DNA of 64,000 nt from Vicugna vicugna. Its lineage: Eukaryota. This document shows, piece after piece, positions 48,836-61,864 of this stretch. Each line of letters opens with the position of its first letter. Position 1 is the first letter of the stretch. The DNA is taken from NCBI GenBank assembly GCA_013265495.1, contig MU058153.1:372001-436000 (forward strand). The letters run 5' to 3'. Both the position numbers and the translations under genes were made by a program. The notes beneath the pieces were generated by a model that worked only from the letters and a program-made list of their open reading frames with translations, was not told the DNA's origin and did no database searches.

Positions 48836-49054
48836 TTTTAATTTTTTAAAAAATTTTATTCTTTATTGGAGTATGGTTGATTTATAACGTTAGTTTCAGG
48901 TGTGTAGGAAAGCAATTCACGTACATACGTGTACATACATACGTATACGTATTTTCAGATTCTTTCCATTATAGCTTATTACAAGATATTAAATGTAGTT
49001 CCCTGTGCTATACAGTAGGTCCTTTTGTTTAATTATTTTATATATATTAATGTG
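48836..49054 (-). mobile_element. Young 5'-truncated L1 3' end with perfect 11-bp TSD
   Basis: ttattggagtatggttgatttataacgttagtttcaggtgt...ttccattatagcttattacaagatatt...gttccctgtgctatacagtaggtcc; TSD agtcatatttt at 48825-48835 and 49055-49065, target TTTT/AG. Confidence 0.9.
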
Positions 49055-49254
49055 AGTCATATTTTAGTAGAAGGAAGCAACAGTTGACATTCTAAGCAAA
49101 GTCAGAGGCACTGTTTCTTAATATGGGAAACACTGAGTTTAGAGTCCTTTTCTCATTTGGAGGGTCTTTTGGGCTTATAAATGAAGGAGTCATATTCATG
49201 TACAGCCATGATCGTGGTGAGCGAGGGGCAGGGAATGGAAATAGCTTTTGTTGA

Positions 49255-49420
49255 GCATGTACATCACACCAAGTACTGGAACAAGCAATTTGTTTTTAAC
49301 CCTGTCAGAAGTTTCCAGAATGGGCAGTTGCTGTCTCCATTTCACAGATGAGAAAACAGAAGCTTAGGAGGGTTGAATAAAACAGACTCCCCTTAGCTAG
49401 TAGACTCTGCATATAAACCC
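49255..49420 (-). mobile_element. MIR
   Basis: tctccatttcacagatgagaaaacagaagcttaggagggttgaa. Confidence 0.75.
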
Positions 49421-51029
49421 AGACTTAAATTTATAGATTCCATATCCTTTCCACGTGGTCAGACTACCTGCTACCCGCTGTTAGATGCTGAGAGTCATCC
49501 TTTTGTAATAGATGGACGGTCTAGATTTCCTCCAACTAATTAGCTGTGTGTGTCACATGTTGTTTCATCTCCTGGCACAAAAAAGTAGATCAATATTTGT
49601 CAGACACATGGAGAAAACGAGATGAGGCTGCCCCTGGTCTCTGGCTCCCTTAAGCCCTACCTGGGCTGAGAAAATGTGTATCTAAGAACCCCTCAGACCT
49701 TTGCACATTTGGACCATTCTGAGATGGAGGGGAAAAAGGCCTTAAACTCCTTAGCTGCTTCTGCCCCGTCACTCCCTTTGGGTGTCACTCAACCACAGGA
49801 GGACCACTGGGCACAAGACCAACGGCACAAAGAGACCCACCACGAGTGCCGCTTAGGAAGCCACCCGCCCTTCTCCTCTGCCGCAGGAGTGACAGCCCTC
49901 TGCAGAGTGCACTTCAGAGAAGGAGCAGCCTCCACAGCATCCTTCACATCCTGACTGTGCCGTGAAACACCATATGTATTTATATCACACCAGCGGTAAT
50001 GTTTAAAAGAAAAATCTTTCAAGTCAGTTTTCACATTATTCCAAATGATGGAAAAAGATCATTTTGTTTCTCTCCTAGGGCTGGGAAGGCAGTCTTGTTA
50101 TTCCTCACCAGTCATCAAATGGATCTGGTGTTTCTGCACTTGTGACAGTTAGCCTTTTGGAGGTGTGAAGTGTCTGGGACACATCTGGTTAGATCAGCAG
50201 TCCTCATCTAACTGGACCCAGGATGGTGTGTCTTTCCCCTTGGCTGAACACGTGTGGCATCCCTCCCACTCTGAGTCGATTTAGAACCCCGCTTGGGCTT
50301 CCGGGCATTGTTTCATGATCTGCTCCCTGAGCCTGTTTATTTCACCAGGCTGATTCTGTAGAGCCAGCCCTTTGCTTTGAATCTAATTCTTAGTCTTTGA
50401 CAAATCTATATTCAAACTAAACCTTATGTTCTGGGCCTTCTGTCATCCCAAACTTGGAATCTTGTTCTGCTATGACCTTCAGACATTCACAGACATGTGC
50501 CCAGCGAGGGTCCATAGACCTCCATGCCCAGCAAGGGTCCCTCTCTCTCTCCCTCTCTCTCTGTCTCACACACATTGTGTGTATATATAATCAGTTTTAC
50601 TGTCGGGGAAAAATGAGTTCATACTCAGAAAAATTAACAAACTTGCCAAAGGTAAGGACAGAAAGGACAAGAACAGTTTCAGTATTGGCAGCTGGGTAGA
50701 AATTGTGGGAGGTAAGTGGGCTGATTCTCTATATATTACAGCTTCTGACTCAAAAAGAAAAGATAATTTAACTTTTATACAACATGTTAAAATTTGTACA
50801 GTACTTCTTACATCCTACTACCTTGCTCCTTTTGAACCCAAAGAAGTGGGTTTTGTATTCATATCTTGGGAATTCAAGACAAGTACTTTCTCCACTGTAC
50901 TGATTCTGTGAATTGAAAGTACACACCACTGGCTACTGTTTTTAAAGAGAGCAAAATTCTAGAAACCATTGTGTTGCCTCTTGTATTATCATAAGCTTCT
51001 GGGAAGGGGGGTTATTGTCCAAGTGAAGA

Positions 51030-51350
51030 GAATTCAGACAATTACTGAGGTTGCTGTATAGAAAAATCAACATACAGAAGAGGTTTAGAGAATATTTTAG
51101 TGATAACCGAGGGAGGGAAAGGGACTGAGTGTCCACAGGGCTTAAGGAAGAGGGTGAAATACAGGTCCGTTGGATACAAATGGAGAAAGTGGAGGAAATC
51201 CTTTGGTGTTCTTGTCAAGAAAATTGATGAGGGGTTCAATGTAACCTGTGTATTAAGAGACATATAAAAGGATCAAATGTCTGTGATTGTAGTCTCCAGC
51301 ACATTACGTACGGTATGGAATTCAAATTAATATTCTGATATCCAGAATGG
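51030..51350 (-). mobile_element. L2 fragment
   Basis: gaggtttagagaatattttag...ggagaaagtggaggaaatcc...attgtagtctccag. Confidence 0.45.
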
Positions 51351-51730
51351 ACTAGTGATTTGGTAAGTGACAGAATTCTTGTACAGAGGAAATGAATACT
51401 GGCCATGCTAGAAAGCCAGTCTCCCACACTCTTTCTGAGTGAGAAGGAGGAATAAGAAAGAGGTTTACAGGCACAGAAGCCATTGCTGTGTGCATCCTGT
51501 GCATCCTGGCAGGCTCTGTGGAGTATCAGAGGCAGGCATAGGGGTAGGAAGAAGAGTCATCATTATCAGCTATTTTTGGCTAGAAGGCTAAAAAACTGTT
51601 AACTTTTAGTCTTGTTAGGAGAAAGTCTCTTCTTTCACACAATTCCTCATCACCTGGGGAATAGAATAGAGTCTTTGGGAATATATTTTCTGGTTTTATA
51701 CTCTCAGTGAGTGCACATACACAATGCAAG

Positions 51731-51758
<28 letters not shown>
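51731..51758 (+). repeat. (AC)14 microsatellite
   Basis: acacacac... Confidence 0.97.
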
Positions 51759-51761
<3 letters not shown>

Positions 51762-51783
51762 CTTTCTTGCTCACAGAGACATC

Positions 51784-52410
51784 TGTAGATTCCTTCCTAT
51801 TTCCAGAGGGAGAATTTCGTCCTTAGACCCTTCAACCTCTTGGTAACCTGGATTCCAGGTGAGGGAGGAAAAGACTTCCATAGCCCCAAGCCTTAGGTTT
51901 GTTAGCACTGGGGAGAATGCATAAAAGATAGATGCTCTTCAGAGTTACAAGTCTAGCCATTTTAAACGTTATAAATGTGTGACCCCTGTGACCCCAACTT
52001 GTATATCAGGAGGCAGGAGGAGTTCTGAACTCTCAGAATAAATAGAAAGAAACCCTAGTCTCTCCTTTTCTCTCACACTTTAAATCTCCATAAACTTTGC
52101 ACATTCCCTATTATCCTATAACTTCCAGTTGCCAAAACCCTTCTGATGTGCCCTCTGGAATTAATAGTCGATCATCAGCAAAATTCCCTGTGTCCTCAGA
52201 TTGTTCTGTGAATGTTCCTTTATCGTCTTTTTCTGTAGGAAACCTGGATGCTCTGAGAACGAACACTGCTTCCCCTGCAGTCCTCTCAAATGTGACTCTT
52301 TTTTCTCCTGTAACTCTCAAACCACCAGTCCTGGAGGTGGGGTGGCTATCTTCCAGTCCCACTTAGGCTTCCAGATCCTTCCCCTAAAAGCCCCAAATTG
52401 AACTCTCACA
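51784..52410. mobile_element. Possible ancient LTR (unassigned)
   Basis: TG...CA bounded (tgtagatt...ctctcaca), about 630 bp, internal aataaa; no TSD and family not recognised. Confidence 0.25.
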
Positions 52411-52719
52411 TTGTCATATTACACCATGTATCATCTGTGATACATCATATTATACCATGATACAGTCTGGTGGAAGATATCCTTCCCTAGTGTTCTTACT
52501 TACCAAACTTGGAACCGTTTCTCTTGATACGTAAATGATTTTAGCTCTTGTCTGAATGTCACTTTTTCCAACAGGACTCTTATCTTACTTCTTGGCACTT
52601 TATATACATAGATGTATATGTGTGTCATATACGTGTATAATATATGTGTGTGTTTCTCCCAGTCCTTCTCAGTCTCTGTTCCTTGAGCTCCTCCCCTCTG
52701 ATGAACTGCATCTCTGTGC

Positions 52720-53985
52720 TGCCTTAGACTTAGAGCAGCCTTGCCCAATGTGGTCACTCCCTGCTCTTTGAAGCACTCTCACTGTCTGGCTTATGGGACA
52801 TTATTTTCGTCATTCTCACCTCATCTCCCTCAACAATGCTTCTCACCCTTCATTTGCTGGTTCCTTGTCTTCTTGTTGATATCTTACAGTGGTGCCGTCC
52901 CAGAGATCCGTCCTTTGTCCTGTTGTTCTCTTCACTTATGATCTCACCTGGTCTCCGTGCTAGAGCCGCCAGCTACCAGAGGGACACCTCACCACCACAC
53001 CGAGCTCAGTACGATGGCCTGCTCAGCATGACCAGCTGGGTGTGCAGCGGGCATCTCACGCTTGGTGTCTCCAGAACTGAACTTCTGCTCTTCCTCCCCA
53101 GATCTGTTCCGTCTGCAGGCTTTATCAGTGCAGTTACAAAAGTTCTAGCCTTCTATTTTTTTGAGGCGAAAAATCTTAGGTAATCCTGAATTTCACTTTT
53201 TTTGTTTGTTTTCAAACAAACATCTGATCTCAGTGAAAATTCTACTTGTTTCACCTTCACAAAATATCGAGAATTTTACCACTTACTGTGCTGTGTAAGC
53301 CTTCTCACAGGTCTCCCTATGTCCACTTTGCTCCCAATATATTCTATTCACAGAGCAGACAGAGGGAGTCTTTCTAAAAGACAGGTAATGTCATTTCTTT
53401 GCCCCAAACTTTCCAATGCTCCCCTCTTAAGCAGAGTAAAAGTCAAATGCCTTCTATTCCCATATTACTCCTCCAAGCTCAACTCCATGTTTATGTATCA
53501 CTCCTTCTCCTCCGAACATACTGGCCTCCTCGCTGTTCGTGTTCTTCAAACCTACTGTGTCTGCATGAGTTATCCCCCTTTTTGCAAGCACTCTTCCTGC
53601 AATTTCTACCTACCAAACTCCCTTCCCTTCTTCAAATATTTGTTTATATGTTACCGTACAATTTGGCATACCCTGATCACTCCATTTAAAACTGTGTTCA
53701 GACTCCACCCACCACACACATGCACCCCACATTGCCCCCTGCCCCTTACTCGGCTCTTTTTGTCCCTTGATAGCACTTATCACCTTCTAACTTGCTATAT
53801 ATTTTATTTTAAAAGATTATATGGATGTGGATTATTCACTCTTTATCTCCTTCCCCTGTAAAGTAGGCATCTTAATAGCGGACTTCTTTTTCCCCCAGTG
53901 GTCTATCCCCATTCCCAGAATAATATTTGGCACATGTATATTAAGTCTTCAGTAAATACCTACAGAATAAATGAATGGTTGAACA
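52720..53985 (+). mobile_element. L2a, long fragment (RT C-terminus to 3' end)
   Basis: ccagaactgaacttctgctcttcctcccc...cagagggagtctttctaaaa...catactggcctcctcgctgttc...gcacttatcaccttctaac...cagtaaatacctacagaataaatgaatgg. Confidence 0.88.
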
Positions 53986-54034
53986 GATGATTTTTACCTT
54001 TGTTCCAAACCATCTTATAGGTAGAGAGAGTGTA

Positions 54035-54240
54035 TAGTCTTTGTCATCTCAAAGAACTAGGTTTGAGCTGCCTATGGCCATTTTTAACAGTGTGAGCTTG
54101 TATAGGTTATTTAACTTTATCAAGAAAATTGGCATAACATTTTGCACATCTTAGGTTTGCTCTGGGAGGGAAAAAAGAAATGTCAAGCACCTATCACAGT
54201 GCCTGGTGTATAGTAAGTGTTCACTAAGTGTTGGCAATTA
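54035..54240 (+). mobile_element. MIR
   Basis: aggtttgagctgcctatggcc...gtgtgagcttgtataggttatttaac...agcacctatcacagtgcctggtgtatagtaagtgttcactaagtgtt. Confidence 0.7.
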
Positions 54241-55243
54241 CTGCATGCTTTGTAAATAGCTGCTTTCTTTTTCATCTCCCTCTTGCTTCAGAGAGAAGCA
54301 GACAGAACTGTGTTCCTGTGTGACATGTCAGTACTGCTGAGTTATCTGATCAGGCTAAGAACGGCTTCTGATCAGATTGTGTTGAGAATGTGACCGAATT
54401 TAATGAGCAAGTGCATTGTCCATGCAGGAAAAAAGCAATTGTCTCTGTGTGATATTTGTGTCTGATTAGCAACAACAATTGCTTCTCCATTTTCAAGCTC
54501 TGGTTCACATCAGAGTCATGTTTCTGCAGCATATACTCGATGAAAATGAGATTGAGTTTCCTTCTCTGACAGACTAAGTATAAGCCTTTTAAAGGCAAGA
54601 GCAAAATACTCCAACGCAGGACACGTGTTCCGTTTCTTGTAAATAGGTAGTCACAATACAAAGAACATAAAGCAGCTCCAGTAAACAAAGAGCATCGTCT
54701 TGCTGATGTGATATGGGATGGACGGAAGTTGGGGAAAGTGTTCCAGGTCAGTTGCACAGGATCTTCGAAAGGGAAAATGAGCCAAATCGAGGGACCCCTG
54801 GTGGGATTTCAAACAACAGAAACAGCATTGCTTCTCAGGCCTTTCTCTCTCTCTCTTTTTTTTTAAACTTCTAATTCAGAGAGATTAGTTGAAAAATAAA
54901 TAACAGTGATAGTAAGAATTTTTCTTAGAAAATTGTACAAATAAAAAGTGTCACTTAAGTCCTACATTTTGCTTATTTGTGAAAACAAATTGCCAACAGA
55001 ATGAGAATTCAAGAGAGATTTATATATATTTGCTCCTCTGAGTTTGGCAAAGACATTTTGGTGGAAAATGATTGACTCCACAGAACAGGAAATTTAATTA
55101 ATGAAGAAGTATGTCCCTAGAACAAAAATACAGAAAAAATTCTAAAAAGTAAAACCAAAAAGAGGATTAAAACAAGGAAGAAATATGTTCTTTCATAGAA
55201 TCATAATATATGAGAATGGAAAGGGATCTTACTTTTTTCCAAC

Positions 55244-55362
55244 CATTTTTAGGTGAGGAAATTGAACATCAGCAGTTTTAACTCTCTTGTTCAATGTCAC
55301 ACTAGGAGGTAAAGTCAGTGCCAGTCTCCCAGGACCTCTAGTCCAGCACGCTGTGCTCCACT
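55244..55362 (-). mobile_element. MIR
   Basis: ccatttttaggtgaggaaattgaac...cttgttcaatgtcacactaggaggtaaagtcagtgccagtctcccagg. Confidence 0.7.
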
Positions 55363-56037
55363 CAGACTTTCTTTCCCAGTGCATCTTAAGAGAAGGGGAG
55401 ACAGTAACATTGATTGACTTCTGAAATAGAAAAAAAATGACCAGAGGGGAAAAGTGCTCTTGAGTTTGGATGAACCCCTTAAGCGTTGGTCATGAAACAT
55501 CAATTTTAAAGCTTGAAAGGAGAAGGAATTTATACTCAGAAGGATTTTTGGCATAGTAGATTAGAACCTAGGCCTTTAGAAGTTCGCAGTGTAATGGCAG
55601 AAAACACCATGATGTGAAGAGAAGGATATCTGGCTCAGATGACTGATGAAACAATTCAAGCAAAATCATTTAACCTTGTACTTGATTCATAGAGATGCTC
55701 AGCAGATGCTCCCTGACCTTCACTCAAACGCTCTTTCAACTACGCTACAACTTCTCTTTCACTAAAGACATCACCAGGGAGCTCAAGGTCAAGCCAGGTG
55801 AAAAGTATATTTACACTAAAGTCATTCAGATTTTGGTAGCAACAGATAGGATAATGTTTTTTAAAATGTATTATTAACAAAGGTTAGGGCGGGGTTAGAG
55901 TAAACTTCCAAGACTAACAACAGTATGAAACTGTTACCATCTGTAAGCCCGGAGGGGCAAAGGGAAGGAACAGTTATTGTAATCCAGAGAGAGAGAAGCC
56001 GTAGGAATACAGGAAGGCTGGCTAAGAGAAGCAGTGC

Positions 56038-56965
56038 TTTTTTATTTTTAATTAAACTTTTCATTTTGAGATAATTGCAGATTCACATGCGGTTGTGAGA
56101 AGTAATACACAGAAATCTGCTATGCCCTTTACTCAGTTCCCCCTGATGGTAGCATCTTGCAAAACTAGTACAGTGTCACATCTAGGATATTTACACTGAT
56201 ACCATCAAAACGCAGAACATTTCCATCACCATGAGGAGTCCTCATGTTGCATTTTAATAGCTATACACACTTCCTACCCCCTTCTCCTCACCATAAGTAA
56301 TCACAGGCAACCACTGATCTGTTCTCCATTTCTGTTACTTCATCATTTCATGGAATTTTGCAGCATGTAAACTTTTGGGGTTGACATCTTTCACTGACTA
56401 ATTCTCTTGAGAATTTATCTAGGTAGTTGGGTATATCAGGAATTTGTCCTGTTTTATTGCTGAATAGTACTCCATGGTATAGATGTACCAAAGTTTGTTT
56501 AATCATCTGTTGAAGAATCTCTAACTTTCTAGTTTTTGGCTATTATGGAGAAAGCTGCTGTAAACATTCATGCATCCATTTCTGTGTGAATATAATTTAC
56601 TGTGTTGCTGGGATAAATGCCCAGGAGTGCCATTGCTGGGTCATAAGGTAGTTACATGTTTAGTTTTTAAGGAAACTGTCAAGCTGTTTTCTAGAGTGGC
56701 TGCACCATGTCGCTTGCATTTCCATCAATATGTGATGTTCTTCCATAACCTCACCAGCATTTCGTGTTGTCACTGTTTTGTAAAAAAACTTAGCCATTCT
56801 TCTAAGTGTACACTGATATCTCACTGTGTTTTAGTATGCATTCCCCTAATGGCTAATGATGTTAAAATCTTATCATGTGCTTCTTTGTCACCTTTACTTC
56901 CTCTTTATGAAGTCTCTTCATGTACATTTTCCTATTTTGTAATTAGGCTATTTGTTTTTTTAAAA
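56038..56965 (-). mobile_element. L1MC1/2-like 3' fragment
   Basis: aaacttttcattttgagataattgcagattcacatgcggttgtgagaagtaatac...ggcaaccactgatctgttctccatttc...ggaaactgtcaagctgttttctagagtggctgcacc. Confidence 0.92.
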
Positions 56966-57577
56966 TGGCATCTACCTATATTTGCACATCAAATCCCCAA
57001 GGCAACTGAAACTAGAGCCATTTAATTTCATAGCTTTGTAGGACAACAACCCAAAGTGTGAGTTTGTCTACCTGGGAGTTCTTCTTATACTCTTATTACC
57101 TAGAAAACTCAACATGGCTTTTCTGATAGTTATAACATGAATCAAGCTCTATTCAGTGCCAAGGGAGTCCTAGGACAACTCGTAGAAAGGGAGGTGTTCC
57201 CAGAAATGATGCACCTGGGAAATTATAGCTCCTTTTTAATTTAGTGCTTCAGTGAGAGTCTTACACATCGAATATGAATTTTAAAATGTCCCCACTGAAC
57301 ACAAGAATGTTCCTTGCTATTGTTTAAGTCTGCTTTAAATGTTGCTTACTGTTTCTTGATTGAGAAATATGGAAAGAGCCTATCAAATCTTTCAACTAGT
57401 TTTTCATCTATTTTACATTGCATTGAGGAAAGACTCGAAGTAACGCATCCAGTGAACCATGTGCTTAATCATGTGAGGCCATTGCCTCATTGCTGTGATT
57501 CTTTAGGAAAGAAGCTGTTTGGGTACTTTACATGAAAATTTGTTTTTGTGGGTGCCACAGAGAATTGTTGGCATTTA

Positions 57578-57708
57578 NNNNNNNNNNNNNNNNNNNNNNN
57601 NNNNNNNNNNNNNNNNNNNNNNNNNNNNNNNNNNNNNNNNNNNNNNNNNNNNNNNNNNNNNNNNNNNNNNNNNNNNNNNNNNNNNNNNNNNNNNNNNNNN
57701 NNNNNNNN
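57578..57708. other. Assembly gap (131 N)
   Basis: N run. Confidence 1.
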
Positions 57709-58859
57709 TGATATCCCTTATCTTACAGTAAGGAAAACTAACACTGAGGAAGATTTTGTGATTCAGCTGCCCAATCTATCCATAGTACAGGTGATTCAGT
57801 TATTCTAAATCATAAAAATGGGGGGAAATGAGGAAATGTCTCTGCTCAAAGACTTCAGTGATTGTAACTTGACCATAGAGTGAAGTCCACATCCACTATA
57901 AGGGCATTCAAAGACTGCAGTTTGAGCCCATCTGCCTTTCAGTGTCTGTTCAGTCTGCATCTCTGTGCTTCCTCTTGTCTGAACACTGTGTAACACTTCT
58001 CAGCCACACCTCCGTGCCTTTGGTCTCGACCTCCTGTGTACTCAGTAGCATTCCCAGGACCCAGCATTCCTTGGCCGCAGGGAAAGACACTGCAAGTTAG
58101 ACATTTAAAAAAAATTCTATTATTAAGTAAGATGGACTTTGAATACAGTTTATCTTGTATTTCTAGCCATATCTTGTAAATGCCTAAACTAAATCTTAGA
58201 CAAAGTAGAATTACAATCAGGGCCAGAAGTTGACTATGTTCCTTTCTTCTTTGTCACTAAATTTTCACAAAGGTTAAAGCGGGATATTCCTTTAACTCTG
58301 AGATCTTCATTCATGTGGAAGTTAGCTCAGATTGTAAAGTGAAAATCCAAAATATTTATTCCTTCTTTGTCAGCAAATACCTTCCTTGAAAAAGTTGATA
58401 TGTCTGAATTCTCACTTGAGTTTTTATCTAGAGATAAACACTGTAAAGGAAAGACAAAAAGAGTGTCTGGCAGGGATGCTTTGTGACTGAGACAGATTTA
58501 TAAAGTCCTTTTCCTTCTAATTAGTTATGTTTTGAATTTTCTTTAAGAAAAGATGCATACATTATAGCATATTGAACAGTAATTAAAAGCATGTTAAAAA
58601 TCTTGCATATACATATGAAAATTTGATTATGTATAATTTATATATACATTTAAATAAGATCTACTTGGGAAGGAAACGTTAGGGAGATTACTCTTGACTT
58701 GTAGAATAAAATCCTTTGCCCCTAACTTGAGGCTTTAGCATGGAAGAATAAAAAAGTGATCAGCTTTGGGGTAAGATGAATTTGAGTTTAAATTCCTCTC
58801 TGTCACTTATCTAGGGCAAATATTTTAACCATCTTCATCTATTCTTATAAAGAATAGAT

Positions 58860-59165
58860 TGTGTCCTTGGAATGCTAGCTCTGGGGGAAGCTGGACTGAC
58901 TCTGTTTAAAACAATTGATTTCCCCTAGACTGCCAAGTTGTAAGGAAGACCAAGCTAGCCAGTGGTAGAGGCCAGGTGGAGAGAGATACCTGGCCAGAAT
59001 CCAGCTGTTCTTGCCATTCAGCCTGGATGCCAGATGTGAATGAAGAAACCATCAGATAGTCCTGTCAGTTGTCATCAATGGCAACGACATAAAAAGCCTC
59101 AAACAAAAACTGTCCAAGTGAGCTCAGCCAGCCCCTGAACTGAGAGAAATAATAATTTTTTTATT
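58860..59165 (+). mobile_element. MLT1G/H-like LTR fragment
   Basis: gttgtaaggaagaccaagctagcc...ccagctgttcttgccattcagcc...cagatgtgaatgaagaaaccatc...ctgtccaagtgagctcagccagc...gaactgagagaaataata. Confidence 0.65.
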
Positions 59166-59264
59166 TTTGTTTTTTGAAAAAGGACTTAAGATGGGATATA
59201 AGAAATCCATAAATGTAATAGCTCAATAAATGGAAATGCTCAAATGATGCACAAAATAAACATG

Positions 59265-59360
59265 AATGTTCATGTATAACTGAAAAATTGAGCTCTACAC
59301 TGGAATTTGACACAACATTGTAAAGTGACTATAACTCAATAAAAATAAGTTAAAAAAAGG
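59265..59360 (+). mobile_element. Young L1 extreme 3' end, camelid type
   Basis: atgttcatgtataactgaaaaattgagctctacactggaatttgacacaacattgtaaagtgactataactcaataaaaaataagttaaaaaaa. Confidence 0.85.
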
Positions 59361-59489
59361 AAATACAAATTTCTATTTAGATGATACATAAGTTAACAAG
59401 CAATGAATGCAAAAAAAGAACAAAACCCTTTTTCCAGAACAATGCTCTATAATTCATATTAGATCTTTAGCAAAGTGACATCTTTTTTC

Positions 59490-59690
59490 AGTCCCAAATT
59501 CAGTTTCTGGATTCAAAATCACAAGTTAACTACTTTATGCTTTTTTATTGTTTTTCATTCTTAAAGTGGAAACAACAATAGTACCTTCCCTCATAGAATT
59601 AGTGTGAACATGTGAATATTAAATGAGTTAATGCAGAATAATGCCTGGTATATAATAAATGCTGCAGAAGTGTTTACTAGTATTAGTATT
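59490..59690 (+). mobile_element. MIR
   Basis: cacaagttaactac...ttcattcttaaagtggaaacaacaatagtaccttccctcatagaattagtgtgaa...taaatgagttaatg...aatgcctggtata. Confidence 0.75.
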
Positions 59691-59744
59691 AGCATCACTC
59701 AGAATCTCTTTGATCTCTGTAGGCAATTCACAGTCCTTTATCAT

Positions 59745-59880
59745 CCAGAAACTCCAGATAAACAATGCTTTTTTTTTTTTTAGTAGAAATATCCCAAATA
59801 CTGCATGGAATATACTTGTCTGAAATTTAAATTTAACTGAGAGGCCTGTGTTATTATTTGATAAATCCGGCAGTCCTAGA
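59745..59880. mobile_element. MER53 fragment with internal deletion
   Basis: ccagataaacaa...atcccaaatactgcatggaatatac..tctgaaatttaaatttaactg...tttgataaatccggcagtccta. Confidence 0.7.
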
Positions 59881-59977
59881 CTTAACTAGACTCAGCTTCC
59901 TTATCTGTAAATGGGGAGATTACACTGACGTCACAGGGTTTTTTTGTATGTAAATTGCACAGTACAAAGCAGCTACT

Positions 59978-60305
59978 CATTTTCTTTAGGTCTTTGCTTA
60001 AATGTTACCTTCTTCTTGAGGTTGCCCTTGGCTAACTCATCTAAAATTTTAACAGTCCTCTCATGACCTCATATCTTTCTTTCCTACTTTTTTCTTTGTT
60101 TGTTTCTCGTTAATCACTTCACTATGTATCAGACTTTATATTTTATATCTTTATCTGTGTTATCTGTCTACCCCACTCGATCATAGCTTCATGGGGACTG
60201 ACTATGTTGTCTGCTTTGTTTACTGTTGCATCCTCAGTGCCCAGAAAGTGCCTGTCCTATGTAGACATTCAATAAATAATTGTTGCTTTAATGAATGAAT
60301 GAACC
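59978..60305 (+). mobile_element. L2a 3' fragment
   Basis: ggtctttgcttaaatgttaccttct...tttactgttgcatcctcagtgcccagaaagtgcctgtcctatgtagacattcaataaata...gaatgaatgaa. Confidence 0.85.
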
Positions 60306-61864
60306 AGTCAATGAATCAATTCACTTTGTTGCTATAATCTTTCTACACCACACAGAGACTGTAAGTATTTGCTCAATGAATGTATTGGTTCTGTGAGCTA
60401 CTGAAGGTCTGTTGGCAGGAAAGCAATGAGGTGATAGATACATTATAGGTAGATGCTCTGATAGCCCGGGCATTGTACCTTGGGGGAAGGAGCTGACAGC
60501 AACTAGAGTGGCAGGTAAGGGAGATGAAGGGATATGGGTATAATGTGGGAAATATGGAAGAACTCATATGACCCTGGGCAAAACTAGCTACAATTTTGGA
60601 CATGGTCAATCAATTATATGGCTACTTGTTTCTCAGAAGTGAAGTATTCTCTAAAGGCATGATTAAAATACTCACACCATTTTCCACTTAAAGAAACTGA
60701 GGGTTTTAAGACTGAAGTAAGATACTTGACCAAGTTCATGACCTAAACAGGCTGCACATCCACCCTTCTTCCTACTGCAGTACTGCTGCTTAAGCCCCAG
60801 AAGAGGCACTCAGATTTTCCTCTCGGGCTGGGCAGATTCACAAGCCTACATTTTAGAGCACCCTCATCCATAAAAAGGAATAACACCACATTTGCCTCCT
60901 AGGGGCTATTAGAGAGATTTGTTGGTTAGGTTTGCTAAGTACCAGGCTGCTTAGTCACACGCCGTCATTTCACATAGCCTAACAGCTGAAATCCTCAGGT
61001 TCCACTCATTCAGTGCTTGTTCGACCGATGAGCAGTGAACGCCATCCTTCCTCCCTGTCTCCTGGCAAAAGCATGTCAGAGAAACTCAGAATTATTTATA
61101 CCTGAAACAGCTTTTCTGTCTCTCAATACCATGAATCATTGTTTTGTATGCTTGATTATATACATTTATATATCCAACATACAGTAATTTCTTTGGGCTC
61201 TCAATTTGATTTATAATCTTCAGGCAGTTTCCTAAATGTCTTTGTCACTTTTCCGGAATGGATAGTCTCCTTGGGAACATTCCCTCTCACTGAAATTTCC
61301 CACTGACGCAGGCCTCCCTTGTCTGCACGTAGGCCTGACCGTCTCAATGTTCACTATTTAATCAGAAAAAAAAATTCCTTTTATACGTAGGGCTTCTACA
61401 AAATGTGCTCTCCATAACTGAATGAAGAGGCAGAAGGGGAACGCGGGGCTGGGACTGCTTGATCCGGCAGTGGAAACAAGGGCCCATCTTTGCATCTGTG
61501 AATAATATGGTTAAATAAGAGAGGGTTTCCATTTCAGTTCCAGGATTATTTTCTCTTTCTCCCTTTTTTTTCTCTTCTTATTTTAATTTTTTCCCCCTTT
61601 TTCTTTCAGTGAACAGAAATTAGCCTCCTGTTTTGAGAGGAAAAAATATTATGTCTGCCTCTCAGTATGGATATTCCTGTTCATAGGAAATAAGCGTCAG
61701 GGAACTTAGCCCTTTACATATCCTCATCCATTGAATAAATATATTGCTAGGAAGTTGTAGAGCATAAACTTTATTGTAAGAAAGGGAATGTATTTACCCT
61801 GAATGAATTGTATGTGCATCAAATGAGCAAGCTTGGTAGACATGATATTAGTGGCTGGTGTTTT

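Noticed and set aside
53202-53861. Longest ORF in the track (219 aa)
   Set aside because: Lies wholly within an L2a fossil; Leu/Ser/Phe-rich composition reflects pyrimidine-rich DNA
54350-54757. 135-aa minus-strand ORF
   Set aside because: Begins at a non-ATG codon, has no matching splice sites, and has no recognisable domain
55330-55445. Strong minus-strand acceptor (cattttttttctatttcAG, exon start 55420)
   Set aside because: Runs into a MIR with no convincing donor; likely a pseudo-exon
56570-57025. 151-aa ORF
   Set aside because: Antisense reading of an L1MC fragment
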